The translations under genes were made by a program, and so were the position numbers. From positions 3,930,001 to 3,962,000 of the forward strand of contig OY969938.1 of the NCBI GenBank assembly GCA_963704755.1: DNA of 32,000 nucleotides. Reading direction: 5' to 3'. The stretch's first letter is position 1. Each line of letters starts with the position of its first letter. The notes beneath the pieces are model-generated. The model was not told the origin of the DNA, did no database searches, and saw only the letters and a list, made by a program, of their open reading frames with translations. Shown one piece after another: positions 1-8,195 of the stretch. This stretch comes from an uncultured Chloroflexia bacterium (lineage in GTDB: Bacteria; Chloroflexota; Anaerolineae; Anaerolineales; Anaerolineaceae).

Positions 1-731
1 ACATCCCGGGGGCGGTAAAAGTGGATTGGTTTACGACTTTACAGCAACCCGTCCGGCGTGATTTTCTTTCACGAGAAGATTTCGAGAAACTTTGTTCTAA
101 TCTTGGCATTGCGAACGATACCACTGTGGTATTTTATGGGGATAAAAGCAACTGGTTCGCGATCTACGCCTTCTGGTTGTTCGAATATTACGGCCACGAG
201 AATCGCAAGGTGATGAATGGCGGCCGTTTAAAGTGGATTTCCGAGAATCGGATTCTTACCAGCGAAATCCCGCATTACCCAAAAACGAACTACCAGGCCA
301 AAGGACCGGATCAGTCCATCCGCGCATTTCGTGAGGACGTGATCGCACAGTTGGACAAAAATTCTTCCCTTGTGGACGTTCGCTCGCCTAAGGAGTACTC
401 CGGGGAACTATTGCATATGCCCGGTTATCCGCAGGAGGGGGCACAGCGCGGCGGCCATATCCCTGGCGCCATGAACATCCCCTGGGCACTGGCAGTAACC
501 GATGACGGCACCTTCCGGCCGGTCAACGAGCTGCAGGAGTTATATGGCAGCCGCGGAATCACCCCGGACAAAGATGTTATTGCCTATTGCCGTATTGGCG
601 AGCGCAGCTCACATACCTGGTTTGTACTTAAATATTTGTTAGGTTATCCAAACGTACGGAATTACGACGGTTCCTGGACGGAATGGGGCAACCTGGTGGG
701 GGTGCCGATCGAGAAAGGCATCAAAGTATGA
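1..731 (+). CDS. Rhodanese-domain thiosulfate/3-mercaptopyruvate sulfurtransferase (5' end outside window)
   Basis: The frame is open from nt 3 (IPGAVKVDW precedes the track start at 21). It has the active-site loop [13 protein letters not shown] and the [10 protein letters not shown] motif typical of CysA/SseA-type two-domain rhodaneses. The stop overlaps the next start (ATGA at 728-731). Confidence 0.85.
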   Translation, partial: IPGAVKVDWFTTLQQPVRRDFLSREDFEKLCSNLGIANDTTVVFYGDKSNWFAIYAFWLFEYYGHENRKVMNGGRLKWISENRILTSEIPHYPKTNYQAKGPDQSIRAFREDVIAQLDKNSSLVDVRSPKEYSGELLHMPGYPQEGAQRGGHIPGAMNIPWALAVTDDGTFRPVNELQELYGSRGITPDKDVIAYCRIGERSSHTWFVLKYLLGYPNVRNYDGSWTEWGNLVGVPIEKGIKV

Positions 732-1186
732 GCACCGATGAAGTTCTCCCGGGCCGGTTGGAAGAGATCGTCTCGGATTTTGAAATCTGCGAAGGCCGTG
801 AAAAGCTGGAGCTACTGCTGGATTACGCCCTTAATTTTCCCCCCTTCCCGGAGCGACTGCAACGGCCAGACCGTGTGGATGACGTGCCCGAGTGCATGAC
901 GCCGGTGCAGATGGCGGCCGAGGTAGAAGAGGGCCGGCTCAATTTTTATTTCGATATACCGCAAGAATCGCCCACGGTCCGCGGCTACGCGGCCTTGATT
1001 ATGCAAGGTATCAATGGCCTGGCGTCCGAAGATATTCTGCGAATCCCACCGGATTTCTATTTACGCATGGGACTGCAGGAAGTGCTGACACCCCAGCGGA
1101 TGAACGGCATGGCTGCCATCCTGGCGCACGTCAAACGGCGGGCCTTGCAGGAAATGGAGGCTGTGGACCAGTCCAATTCGGGCTGA
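728..1186 (+). CDS. sufE: SufE-like sulfur-acceptor protein
   Basis: The ATG at 728 overlaps the rhodanese stop. The sequence has the SufE-like layout ([11 protein letters not shown]..., conserved Cys in [38 protein letters not shown]). Pairing with a rhodanese is a common sulfur-relay arrangement. Confidence 0.75.
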   Translation: MSTDEVLPGRLEEIVSDFEICEGREKLELLLDYALNFPPFPERLQRPDRVDDVPECMTPVQMAAEVEEGRLNFYFDIPQESPTVRGYAALIMQGINGLASEDILRIPPDFYLRMGLQEVLTPQRMNGMAAILAHVKRRALQEMEAVDQSNSG

Positions 1187-1204
1187 TCCCGGCCAATAAT
1201 TTTT

Positions 1205-1246
1205 CAAAAAAAGTCCCCCGGCAAGCTTGCCGAGGGACTTTTTTTG
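1205..1246. terminator. Bidirectional rho-independent terminator-like hairpin
   Basis: aaaaaaagtccc-cc-ggcaag/cttgcc-ga-gggacttttttt: a GC-rich stem flanked by an A-run upstream and a T-run downstream, 19 nt after the sufE stop. Confidence 0.7.
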
Positions 1247-1250
1247 TGGT

Positions 1251-1295
1251 TTCTTGCCCCTCTCCCGTTTCTGGGAGAGGGGTTGGGGTGAGGGC
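1251..1295 (+). repeat. GC-rich hairpin repeat, family A copy 1
   Basis: ttcttgcccctctcccgtttctgggagaggggttggggtgagggc. The stem is cccctctccc/gggagagggg with loop gtttct. It is repeated at 1430-1474 with a single mismatch. Confidence 0.9.
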
Positions 1296-1429
1296 AGTTT
1301 TTGCACGGCAAGTTTTACCTGGCCGGATGGTGGGTTGCGGGCAATGTCTGGGCAATCGAATGGATTCGTGATTCAAAAACGTTCTATAAGAGCCCTGCAC
1401 CCACCCTACATTGATACTTCTATTATTGC

Positions 1430-1474
1430 TTCTTGCCCCTCTCCCGTTTCTGGGAGCGGGGTTGGGGTGAGGGC
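1430..1474 (+). repeat. GC-rich hairpin repeat, family A copy 2
   Basis: A 45-nt direct repeat of 1251-1295 (44/45 identical, a->c in the right stem arm). Confidence 0.9.
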
Positions 1475-1481
1475 GAAGGCT

Positions 1482-2663
1482 TTATATAACTTTCAAATTG
1501 CGGCCGACCTGGGCAAATTTCTCCAGGGCGATATCCAAATCGGCGCGGCTGTGGGCGGCCGAGATCATCACCCGGATGCGGGCCTTGCCCTTGGGCACGG
1601 TCGGGTAGCCGATTGACATAGCAAAAATGCCTTCTTCATACAGGTCGCGGCTGAATTGCTGCGCCAGAGGCGCCTCGCCTAGCATGACCGGCGTGATGGG
1701 AGTAACGCTGTGGCCGGTATCGAAGCCCAAATTCTTCATCTCTTCTTTGAAATAGCGAGCATTTTCCCATAGACGGTCCACCAACTCGGTGGATTCTTCC
1801 AGCAGGTCGATGGCGGCGATGGTGGCAGCCACATCCGGGGGTGTCACCGCGGAGGAGAACAGGAACGGCCGCCCGCGCTGGCGCAGCCACTCGACGATGA
1901 GTGCGTTGCCGGCCACCACACCGCCAACCACGCCAAACGCCTTGGAGAGTGTGCCGATTTCCACGTCCACCTTGCCGTGCAGGTGGAAATGATCGACGAT
2001 CCCCCGTCCGCCGCGGCCCATGACCCCTTCGCCGTGGGCGTCGTCCACCATCAGCATCACGTGGTGCTGGCTGGTGACTTCGTAAATTTTGTCCAGCGGG
2101 GCAATGTCGCCGTCCATACTGAATACACCGTCACTGATGGCCAGCGCCCGCCGGTAGCTGCCCAGGTTTTCGTGGATGATCCGATCCAGGTCGGCCGGGT
2201 CGGCGTGGGCAAAGCGCACGATGCGGGCTCCCGAAAGGCGAGCTCCATCGATGATCGAAGCGTGGTTGAGCTCGTCCGAGAAAATAACGTCCTCTTTGCC
2301 GACCAGCGCCGGAATGGTCGCCAGGTTAGCGGTGAACCCGGACTGGAAGCTAATGGCGGCATCGACGCCCTTGAATTCTGCCAGGCGGCGTTCTAATTCC
2401 AGATGGATATCCATCGTCCCGGCGATGCTGCGTACCGCACCCGGCCCGACGCCGTATTGATCCAGAATAGCCCGGGCGGCCTCGACCAGTTTGGGGTGAT
2501 TGGCCAGCCCCAGGTAGTTGTTCGAGCACAGGTTCAGGACCTTTTTGCCGTCCACCACCAGCCAGGCACCCTGCGGCGAGCTGAGGGTGCGGATCTGGTT
2601 ATACAGCCCCTGGTTTTTTAGCCCATCCAACTCTTGCTGTATCCAGTTCAAACGGTCAGACAT
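1482..2663 (-). CDS. kbl: Glycine C-acetyltransferase (2-amino-3-ketobutyrate CoA ligase), PLP-dependent
   Basis: A 393-aa protein with alpha-oxoamine synthase family motifs: [32 protein letters not shown] and the PLP-lysine context [13 protein letters not shown] Shine-Dalgarno lies upstream of the ATG at 2663. Confidence 0.85.
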   Translation of the reverse strand: MSDRLNWIQQELDGLKNQGLYNQIRTLSSPQGAWLVVDGKKVLNLCSNNYLGLANHPKLVEAARAILDQYGVGPGAVRSIAGTMDIHLELERRLAEFKGVDAAISFQSGFTANLATIPALVGKEDVIFSDELNHASIIDGARLSGARIVRFAHADPADLDRIIHENLGSYRRALAISDGVFSMDGDIAPLDKIYEVTSQHHVMLMVDDAHGEGVMGRGGRGIVDHFHLHGKVDVEIGTLSKAFGVVGGVVAGNALIVEWLRQRGRPFLFSSAVTPPDVAATIAAIDLLEESTELVDRLWENARYFKEEMKNLGFDTGHSVTPITPVMLGEAPLAQQFSRDLYEEGIFAMSIGYPTVPKGKARIRVMISAAHSRADLDIALEKFAQVGRNLKVI

Positions 2664-2697
2664 TGGGTTTACCTCGTGAGAATTGAGATTTTAGAAT

Positions 2698-2767
2698 GTT
2701 AACTGCCCGGCTTGGCGAATGAGAGCCTCAAATTCGGGAACATCTTAACCTGTGCCTGAGCAGTTAC
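2698..2767. repeat. Internally deleted copy of the MITE-like element family (GTAACTGCTCAG termini)
   Basis: The right end ctgagcagttac (2756-2767) is the exact reverse complement of gtaactgctcag at 19346 and of gtaactgctca at 29990. The left end gttaactgcccgg is degenerate. The interior retains cctcaaattcggg, which is half of the palindrome seen at 14359-14411. Confidence 0.6.
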
Positions 2768-2894
2768 AAAAGCCGAAAAGCACAAGACAGGCTGCCAGCC
2801 AGGCTGAAAAGCCTGCCTGCAAAGCGATTATACATCACAACCCGAGCCGCTTTTTCGCCCGCGCAAGAACAGAGTTGTCATTAGCTCCTGGCTC

Positions 2895-4547
2895 TTAGCT
2901 TTTTCCACCCCCGATTTTGTCCAGGTGCGATTCCCCCAGGTAACCGGTTTCGGCCAGGGCTTTCAGCACCGCCTCTTCGCTGTTGGGACGCAGGCTGACG
3001 ATAGTAGTGGTGATCTCTTCGAGGATGTAACGTGCAGCGCGGGTCTTGCGCAATGCAGCCAATACGTCGGGCGATTTGACCCGCAGCAGGGTTGCCTGTT
3101 CCACCTGGGCCTGGGAGCCGTCTTTTTCCCAGCGCTTGAGCGCCTGGAGCAGCAGCGGCGGCAATGGATCCGGGTCGTTTTTTTGCAGTAAAGCGATCAG
3201 GTGGGCCGGTTTGAGCTGTTGGCTGCGTGCTCGCGCCAGGGCGGGTGGGGTGATGCGGTAACGATATTCTTCGCCCGAGCCGGGCAGCCATTCACCGAAA
3301 CGAGCCAGTTGGTAGCGCACGGCCCGCGAGGCCAGGCGTGGGACGATCAGCAGCCCGTCCGAGCTGACCCGCACCGGCGCGTCCTCGACAGCCAGGCCGG
3401 AAGGCGCTTTGCCGGCCAGCAGGTCGTCTGCCCAGGCGGAGGGGCGCAAGGCGCACGGCGCTGCACCGGCCTCAGGCGCGGCCAGGTCCAGGATGCCCAG
3501 CCAGTGCAGCGGCCCGCACAAGATTGAGCGTAATAAAGCCCCCTCGACCGCGTCCCAACTGGCGAAGCCACGCAGATACTCATCGCTGCCCAGGGGGTGA
3601 ATGAACCAGGAATCGTAATCGCCGGCCGGGCGTTGGAAATCGGGCTGTTGTTCTTTGACATCGGCGATGAAGGCTTCCAGCGACCACCAGGTATGCGGCG
3701 GCAGCGGGGCCAGCATCTCCAGCACTGTGCGGCGGGTTTGCAAGGGATTGTTGACCCATTGGCCCTCGAACGCCAACCCAGGCAAAAGGCGCAGGTCGTT
3801 GTAAGCCTCGGAGTCGAGCCAGGCCCGCGCTAGCAGGGCCAGGGCAGCCTCTCGCGGAGATTCCAGAAACTCGCGTACCGGGTCGAGCCGGGGCAGGCCG
3901 CGGCTGTCCAGTAAGCCGGCGGCGAAGAGCAGGCTGCTCAATTCGGTCACCGAGATGCGCCACTCACGGCTGGGGAGCTGCTCGTCGGCCAGTCCCAGGC
4001 GGCGGCCGGCCAGCAGGGTGCAGGCGTGGTCGAGGATCCGGTCGTCCGCGGGGATCTCCAGGACAATTTCCCCGTCCGGAGCCGGCTGACCGTAGAGATT
4101 GATTCCGGCCGAGGCGGGCAGATGGATCAGCGCGAGCAGATCGTCGGGGATGTAAGCGTATTCCTGCGGTTCGGGCGGCAGGTTGAGGAAGGCCTGGCCG
4201 ATCAAGCCCCGGTACCAGAGCGTTTCGGTCGGGGAGGCCGGGTAGAGGTCCGGGCGCTCGCGGTCACGGCGGGCGGCGCCCATGACACGCACTTCGCCGT
4301 AGCGCCGGGAGAACAGCGGCCATGGCAGGTGGCCTTCATTGCTGACCAGGTCGTGCAAGGCCCGTAAAGCAGCGGCCGGCAGCGATTCGACCACTTCCTC
4401 GACTACCCCTCCATTGAGAATCCCCTTGACCAGCCCGGGCAAAGCCGTGGAGGCGTCCGGGGCGGTTACTTCGATACCCCATAGCCCGGCCGTCATCTTC
4501 AAAAAGCCGAAATCTTTACCATGCAGGGTATGTTCCAGGTCGGGCAT
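2895..4547 (-). CDS. Hypothetical protein; C-terminal half resembles XPB/Ssl2-N-terminal-type helicase-associated repeats
   Basis: A 550-aa uninterrupted ORF with an ATG start and coding-like composition. The tentative domain call rests on segments such as YRITPPALARARSQQLKPAHLIALLQK...LLLQALKRWEKDG. No catalytic motif was seen. Confidence 0.6.
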   Translation of the reverse strand: MPDLEHTLHGKDFGFLKMTAGLWGIEVTAPDASTALPGLVKGILNGGVVEEVVESLPAAALRALHDLVSNEGHLPWPLFSRRYGEVRVMGAARRDRERPDLYPASPTETLWYRGLIGQAFLNLPPEPQEYAYIPDDLLALIHLPASAGINLYGQPAPDGEIVLEIPADDRILDHACTLLAGRRLGLADEQLPSREWRISVTELSSLLFAAGLLDSRGLPRLDPVREFLESPREAALALLARAWLDSEAYNDLRLLPGLAFEGQWVNNPLQTRRTVLEMLAPLPPHTWWSLEAFIADVKEQQPDFQRPAGDYDSWFIHPLGSDEYLRGFASWDAVEGALLRSILCGPLHWLGILDLAAPEAGAAPCALRPSAWADDLLAGKAPSGLAVEDAPVRVSSDGLLIVPRLASRAVRYQLARFGEWLPGSGEEYRYRITPPALARARSQQLKPAHLIALLQKNDPDPLPPLLLQALKRWEKDGSQAQVEQATLLRVKSPDVLAALRKTRAARYILEEITTTIVSLRPNSEEAVLKALAETGYLGESHLDKIGGGKS

Positions 4548-4570
4548 AGGGGTATTTTACCGTGAAAGGG

Positions 4571-4826
4571 GGGAAAGAAGAGAATAGAGAATAGGGAATA
4601 GTGGATTAGTCGATGAGGCAACGAGGCGATGAGGATTGTGTTGCCCGGCTTTCGAGGCCGGGACCCATGCTTAAATCGGCAGGGGAGAAGATAGGAAAAA
4701 GGCAACGGGTAATGAGGATGTAGCCCGGCTTTCGAAGCCGGGACGAATGCTTAAATCGGCAGGGGAGAAGATAGGGAAAAGGCAACGGGGCAATGAGGCA
4801 ATGAGGCAATGAGGCAATGAGGATGT
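4571..4826 (+). repeat. Purine-rich arm plus tandem hairpin-unit array (family C), truncated by IS insertion
   Basis: The arm is agaatagagaatagggaatagtggattagtcgatgaggcaacgagg. It is followed by units of about 83-105 bp, each with gcccggctttcga(a/g)gccggg + atgcttaaatcggcaggggagaagatagg(a/g)aaaaggcaacggg (hairpins at 4643-4662 and 4723-4742). A (caatgagg)x4 microsatellite lies at 4791-4822. Confidence 0.85.
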
Positions 4827-4854
4827 TGACCTTTCCCCGGTTTAGTAGACATAG

Positions 4855-5712
4855 TTAAAGGGTGAGGTTTTCGAAATCAACGGGGCTGAGGTAGCCCAAA
4901 GTAGAGTGTAGTCGTTGGCGATTGTACCAAACCTCCAGGTATTCAAAAATGGTCGTGCGAGCCAAGGTACGGGTAAGAAATGGACCCGTAACGCATTCGG
5001 TTTTCAGAGTGCCAAAGAAACTCTCCATGACCGCATTGTCGTAACAGTTGCCAGCCCCGCTCATACTCAGTTGGGCCAGAGCTTCGGTCAAGCAGGAGCG
5101 GTAGGCAGCGCTGGTGTACTGGCTGCCCTGATCGGAGTGGTGCAGCAGGCCAGCCGGTGGATGACGTCCCAGGAGGGCCATACGCAAAGCTGTTTCTACC
5201 AAGGCGGTGTCCATCTTCTGGCTCATCGACCACCCAATCACTTTGCGGGAGAACAAGTCCAAGACCACGGCCAGATACAACCAGCCTTCTCCGGTCTCGA
5301 TGTAGGTAAAATCACTGACCCATTTCTGGTTGGGGGCAGAGGCGGAGAAGTCCTGGTTCAGCCGGTTGGGGGCAGGAATCGCCCCTGGCTGGCGGTGGGT
5401 GGTCACTGGACGGTACTTGCGCCTTGCAAGGGCTGCGATCCCATGCAAACGCATCAGGCGTGCCACCCGATTATGCCCACACACTACCCCTTTTCGCCGC
5501 AGAACCACGTACACACGCGGGCTGCCATATGTTTTCCGGCTGCGCTCATGCTCTGCTGTAATCAGCTCCAGCAGAGCCTGGTTGGCTTGTTCCCGCGTGC
5601 TGGGCGTTCGTTTCCGCCAGGCGTAATACCCACTGCGCTTCACACTCAGCATCCGGCACATCCGCTTGATCTGAAATTGCTCTTCGTGGGCAGCCATAAA
5701 CGTGTACTTCAT
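4855..5712 (-). CDS. IS3-family transposase OrfB (DDE/rve integrase core)
   Basis: A 285-aa protein: MCRMLSVKRSGYYAWRKR..., HSDQGSQYTS, and YDNAVMESFFGTLKTE...YNRQRLHSTLGYLSP, which is the typical IS3 DD(35)E region. Confidence 0.92.
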   Translation of the reverse strand: MKYTFMAAHEEQFQIKRMCRMLSVKRSGYYAWRKRTPSTREQANQALLELITAEHERSRKTYGSPRVYVVLRRKGVVCGHNRVARLMRLHGIAALARRKYRPVTTHRQPGAIPAPNRLNQDFSASAPNQKWVSDFTYIETGEGWLYLAVVLDLFSRKVIGWSMSQKMDTALVETALRMALLGRHPPAGLLHHSDQGSQYTSAAYRSCLTEALAQLSMSGAGNCYDNAVMESFFGTLKTECVTGPFLTRTLARTTIFEYLEVWYNRQRLHSTLGYLSPVDFENLTL

Positions 5713-6017
5713 CCGCCTTTCCGGGAGAAAATGTTGACTACTTTTTTTAGGATCTCTCGCTCTTCGGCTATCTCCTTCAGCTCCCGTTGCAAACGCACAA
5801 TCTCCCTTTTGGCCGCTTCTAAATCACTCGGTACCAGCTTCGGCTCCTGGTTCTCTGGCAACACCACCTCGTATCGATCCCGCCACTTTAGCAACATCCC
5901 TGGCGTTATCCCCAGTTCCCGCTCAAGCTGTCCTGCACTCTTCCCGCTGCTTTTCAGCAGCTCTAACGCTTCCCGCTTGAACTCATCGGTGTATTCTCGA
6001 TATTTCTTGTCACTCAT
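5709..6017 (-). CDS. IS3-family transposase OrfA (HTH)
   Basis: MSDKKYREYTDEFKREALELL...GITPGMLLKWRDRY followed by a leucine-zipper-like tail. I prefer the ATG at 6017 over the track start at 6047. The stop overlaps the orfB ATG. Confidence 0.85.
   Translation of the reverse strand: MSDKKYREYTDEFKREALELLKSSGKSAGQLERELGITPGMLLKWRDRYEVVLPENQEPKLVPSDLEAAKREIVRLQRELKEIAEEREILKKVVNIFSRKGG
5742..5748 (-). other. Programmed -1 ribosomal frameshift site (A AAA AAA) giving the OrfAB transposase
   Basis: There is a T7 run on the plus strand, which is cuA AAA AAA gua in the orfA frame. A -1 slip reads KKSSQHFLPERR and continues in frame into MKYTFMAAH of orfB. Confidence 0.7.
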
Positions 6018-6089
6018 GACCTTCCTCCGTTCCCTTTTACTGTACATCTCTCACCCTTCATTCGTGTCTACTGATTCGGGGAAAGGTCA

Positions 6090-6112
6090 GTAGCCCGGCT
6101 TTCGAAGCCCGG
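6090..6112 (+). repeat. Remainder of the third family-C hairpin unit, displaced by the IS
   Basis: gtagcccggctttcgaagcccgg continues the unit that is cut at 4826. Confidence 0.8.
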
Positions 6113-6272
6113 AGGGGAGTAAATGGGATTTTTTTTCTTGGCATTAAGCTCTTCTCTCCAAATCGGTTTTTGATTTGGGGGGAAGCGGGGAAGGGGGGCA
6201 GAGTGCCGGCCGGCCGGGCATAATGAAACGGTAGTTTATTTGCTCTTCATTTTTCGCAATGGATTGGCGCTG

Positions 6273-6316
6273 GCCCTCATCCCCCGGCCCCTTCCCCCGT
6301 TCTGGGGGAAGGGGAG
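6273..6316. repeat. GC-rich hairpin repeat, family B copy 1
   Basis: gccctcatcccccgg-ccccttcccccgttctgggggaagggg-ag. The 27-nt core is identical to that at 31341-31367. Confidence 0.85.
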
Positions 6317-6359
6317 TAGACACTGGCTAGCCGCTACACTGTGATTAACAAGGTTCGTG

Positions 6360-6392
6360 AAAAAAATGAAGAGCGGCCTAAGCCGCTCTTCA
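6360..6392 (-). terminator. Rho-independent terminator-like hairpin reading on the minus strand
   Basis: The stem is tgaagagcggc/gccgctcttca with loop ctaa. An A7 run at 6360-6366 becomes a U-tract after the hairpin on the minus strand. No convincing minus-strand gene lies upstream of it. Confidence 0.5.
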
Positions 6393-6750
6393 TCAATGAG
6401 GTCGTCGAAAGCCGGCCTACGCCGGCCCTGGCTGCCTTGCATCATGAAGGGGACGGCACTCCGTTCAGCGATAATGCGCATAGGCGTGTGGTTGAACAGG
6501 ATAGTCTGCAGCGCGGCCAGGACATAAACCGCAAAAACCGCTCTCAATGACAACGAACCGTTATCTTAGACCGCAGCGATCTCTCAGCCGGAGATTTAAT
6601 GTTTTGACATCGCCTCGGGCCCTTTTTCATTGGGTAGATAAATTTGCCGACAGAAGATGCAATTGCCTTGCTTTCCGGCTTTCTCCAAACGATATTGTAA
6701 GGTAAGATTACCTGAACAACCGCTATTATGGGTATACCATGGGTCAGGTT

Positions 6751-6759
6751 TGTTATAAT
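6751..6759 (+). promoter_or_regulatory. Extended -10 promoter element (TGtTATAAT) for the 6795 operon
   Basis: It matches TGnTATAAT exactly, 36 nt upstream of the ATG at 6795. No good -35 element is present. Confidence 0.4.
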
Positions 6760-6794
6760 TCTGGAAGATGCGGAGTTAAGTCGAGGCGCGTGTT

Positions 6795-7610
6795 ATGGCA
6801 TTAAAGGGTAACCTGCGGGATTTCTCCTTTACCCAATTGCTCAATCTAATCAACCTGGCGAATAAAACCGGCATCCTGATCGTCGATGGACCAGGAGAAG
6901 TGGCTCAGGTTAATTTTCGCGACGGAAAACTGTCCTACGCCCAAATTGGCAAAGAGGACTGTGATCTCGCGTCGGTTCTCTTGCGTTGCCGGAAAATCAC
7001 CAAAAACCAGGCCAAGGTCATCCACGAACGCACCCGCCAGATGAGCGACAAAGAAGTTGGGCTGCTGTTGATCAACGCCGGCTACCTGACTCAACGCGAT
7101 ATCCTCGACAGCGTCTCGCAGTATTGTAGCGATATCGTCCGCAAGCTTTTTACCTGGGTGGAAGGGTTTTTTCGCTTCGAACAGGGGATTGAGGCGCCCA
7201 ACGGCAAAATCCCGGTGCGGATCGACCTGGAAAACCTGATCATCGAGGGGTCACGCCAGTTACGTGAATGGGAACAACTCCAGGAGGAAATTCCCAGCCT
7301 GGATATGTCGTTAAAATTCGTGGAGCGCCCGGGCGCGGACTTGCGCAACCTGCATCTCAGCCTGGAGGAATGGCGGGTGGTGCGTTATGTGGACCCCAAG
7401 AATACCATGCGCCAGATTGCCCACACTACGAAAATGAACGATCTGGAAATCCGCCGGATCGCATATTCCCTGCTGCAGGCCGGCCTGGTCGAGATAATTC
7501 GCCCGGGCGGTGCCCCGTTGGCGCCTATTAGCCGGGCGTTCCCAACGGCCAACAAAGACGAGCAACGCTCTCTGGTCAATCGTTTGATTAGCCGGATCCG
7601 CTCCATCTAA
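6795..7610 (+). CDS. DUF4388 (PATAN-like) domain protein with C-terminal winged-helix-like segment
   Basis: The N-terminus LKGNLRDFSFTQLLNLINLANKTGILIV matches the DUF4388 signature (G-L-x-x-F-x-L-x-x-LL-x-L...KTG-x-L). The C-terminus LSLEEWRVVRYVDPKNTMRQIAHTTKMNDLEIRRIAYSLLQAGLVEI looks like a DUF742/MarR-type wHTH. Confidence 0.7.
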   Translation: MALKGNLRDFSFTQLLNLINLANKTGILIVDGPGEVAQVNFRDGKLSYAQIGKEDCDLASVLLRCRKITKNQAKVIHERTRQMSDKEVGLLLINAGYLTQRDILDSVSQYCSDIVRKLFTWVEGFFRFEQGIEAPNGKIPVRIDLENLIIEGSRQLREWEQLQEEIPSLDMSLKFVERPGADLRNLHLSLEEWRVVRYVDPKNTMRQIAHTTKMNDLEIRRIAYSLLQAGLVEIIRPGGAPLAPISRAFPTANKDEQRSLVNRLISRIRSI

Positions 7611-7631
7611 CTTGGGCTCAAAGGACGACCG

Positions 7632-8165
7632 ATGCAAACCGTCAAAATCGTTGTAACTGGACCGTTCAATGCCGGAAAAACGAAATTTATTCAATCCGTC
7701 AGCGAAATTGACGTGGTTTCTACCGAACGCAAGATCACCACTCCGGCCGAAAAGGTGAAGAGCAGTACCACTGTGGCCATGGATTTTGGCCGGATCACCG
7801 TCGACGACAACCTGGTGCTGTATTTGTTTGGTACACCTGGCCAGAAGCGATTTGATTTCATGTGGGAAATCTTATCGGAGGGTATGTTGGGTTTCATCGT
7901 CATGGTGGACAGCACCCGGCCCGAGACATTCCGTGAAGCGCGCAGTATTCTGGAGACGTTTCGCGCCTATGCACCCACCCCCTACGTGGTGACCGCCAAC
8001 AAGCAGGACCTGAACGATGCCTGGGATCTCGAAGATATGCGCCTGGCCCTGCGTGTGGACCCGAAAATCAAATTGCTGCCCTGTGTGGCTACCAGCAAGG
8101 AAAATGTCAAAACCGTCCTGTTGGAACTGCTTTACAGCATTCTCGCTGAAATGGAGCGGGGCTAG
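7632..8165 (+). CDS. Small Ras-like GTPase (MglA/CvnD-type 'ATP/GTP-binding protein')
   Basis: A 177-aa protein with G1 GPFNAGKT, G3 LFGTPGQ, G4 NKQD and a G5-like CVATSKE. An AAGGA Shine-Dalgarno lies 7 nt upstream. Confidence 0.85.
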   Translation: MQTVKIVVTGPFNAGKTKFIQSVSEIDVVSTERKITTPAEKVKSSTTVAMDFGRITVDDNLVLYLFGTPGQKRFDFMWEILSEGMLGFIVMVDSTRPETFREARSILETFRAYAPTPYVVTANKQDLNDAWDLEDMRLALRVDPKIKLLPCVATSKENVKTVLLELLYSILAEMERG

Positions 8166-8195
8166 CTCGAACCGCCCGTCAGGATCAAAAAATAC

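Larger units (their letters stand above)
4827..6089 (-). mobile_element. IS3-family insertion sequence, apparently intact (1263 bp)
   Basis: The terminal inverted repeats are TGACCTTTCCCCG..AGTAGACA....AAGGGTGAG at 4827 onward, with the reverse complement ending at 6089 (TG...CA ends). It carries orfA/orfB with an A7 slippery site. The flanks reconstruct an uninterrupted repeat unit. Confidence 0.9.

Noticed and set aside
1131-1616. Short ORFs 1131-1400(-), 1227-1616(+), 892-1371(+), and likewise 6236-6553(-), 31261-31449(-), 31308-31517(+)
   Set aside because: They are generated by the GC-rich hairpin repeats (translations such as PLSRFWERGWGEG and PFPRSGGRGRGMRA). They read through terminator hairpins or overlap real genes.
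4643-4662. tRNA-like T-arm appearance of gcccggctttcgaagccggg hairpins (also 4723, 6093, 31451)
   Set aside because: There are no acceptor, D or anticodon arms around them. The same 20-mer is repeated in tandem and in both orientations, so it is a repeat module and not a tRNA.
4600-4826. Possible CRISPR array
   Set aside because: The units are about 83-105 bp with irregular period. The inter-hairpin sequence is itself repeated, so there are no unique spacers. No cas genes or leader are present. It is a tandem structured repeat, not a CRISPR.
4915-6093. 392-aa plus-strand ORF across the IS element
   Set aside because: It is antisense to the IS3 orfA and orfB, which have clear transposase motifs. 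The translation has no family resemblance.
6341-6550. 69-aa plus-strand ORF in the unassigned region
   Set aside because: It starts inside the repeat/terminator hairpin, has no RBS and has a hydrophilic low-information sequence. It cannot be supported from sequence alone.
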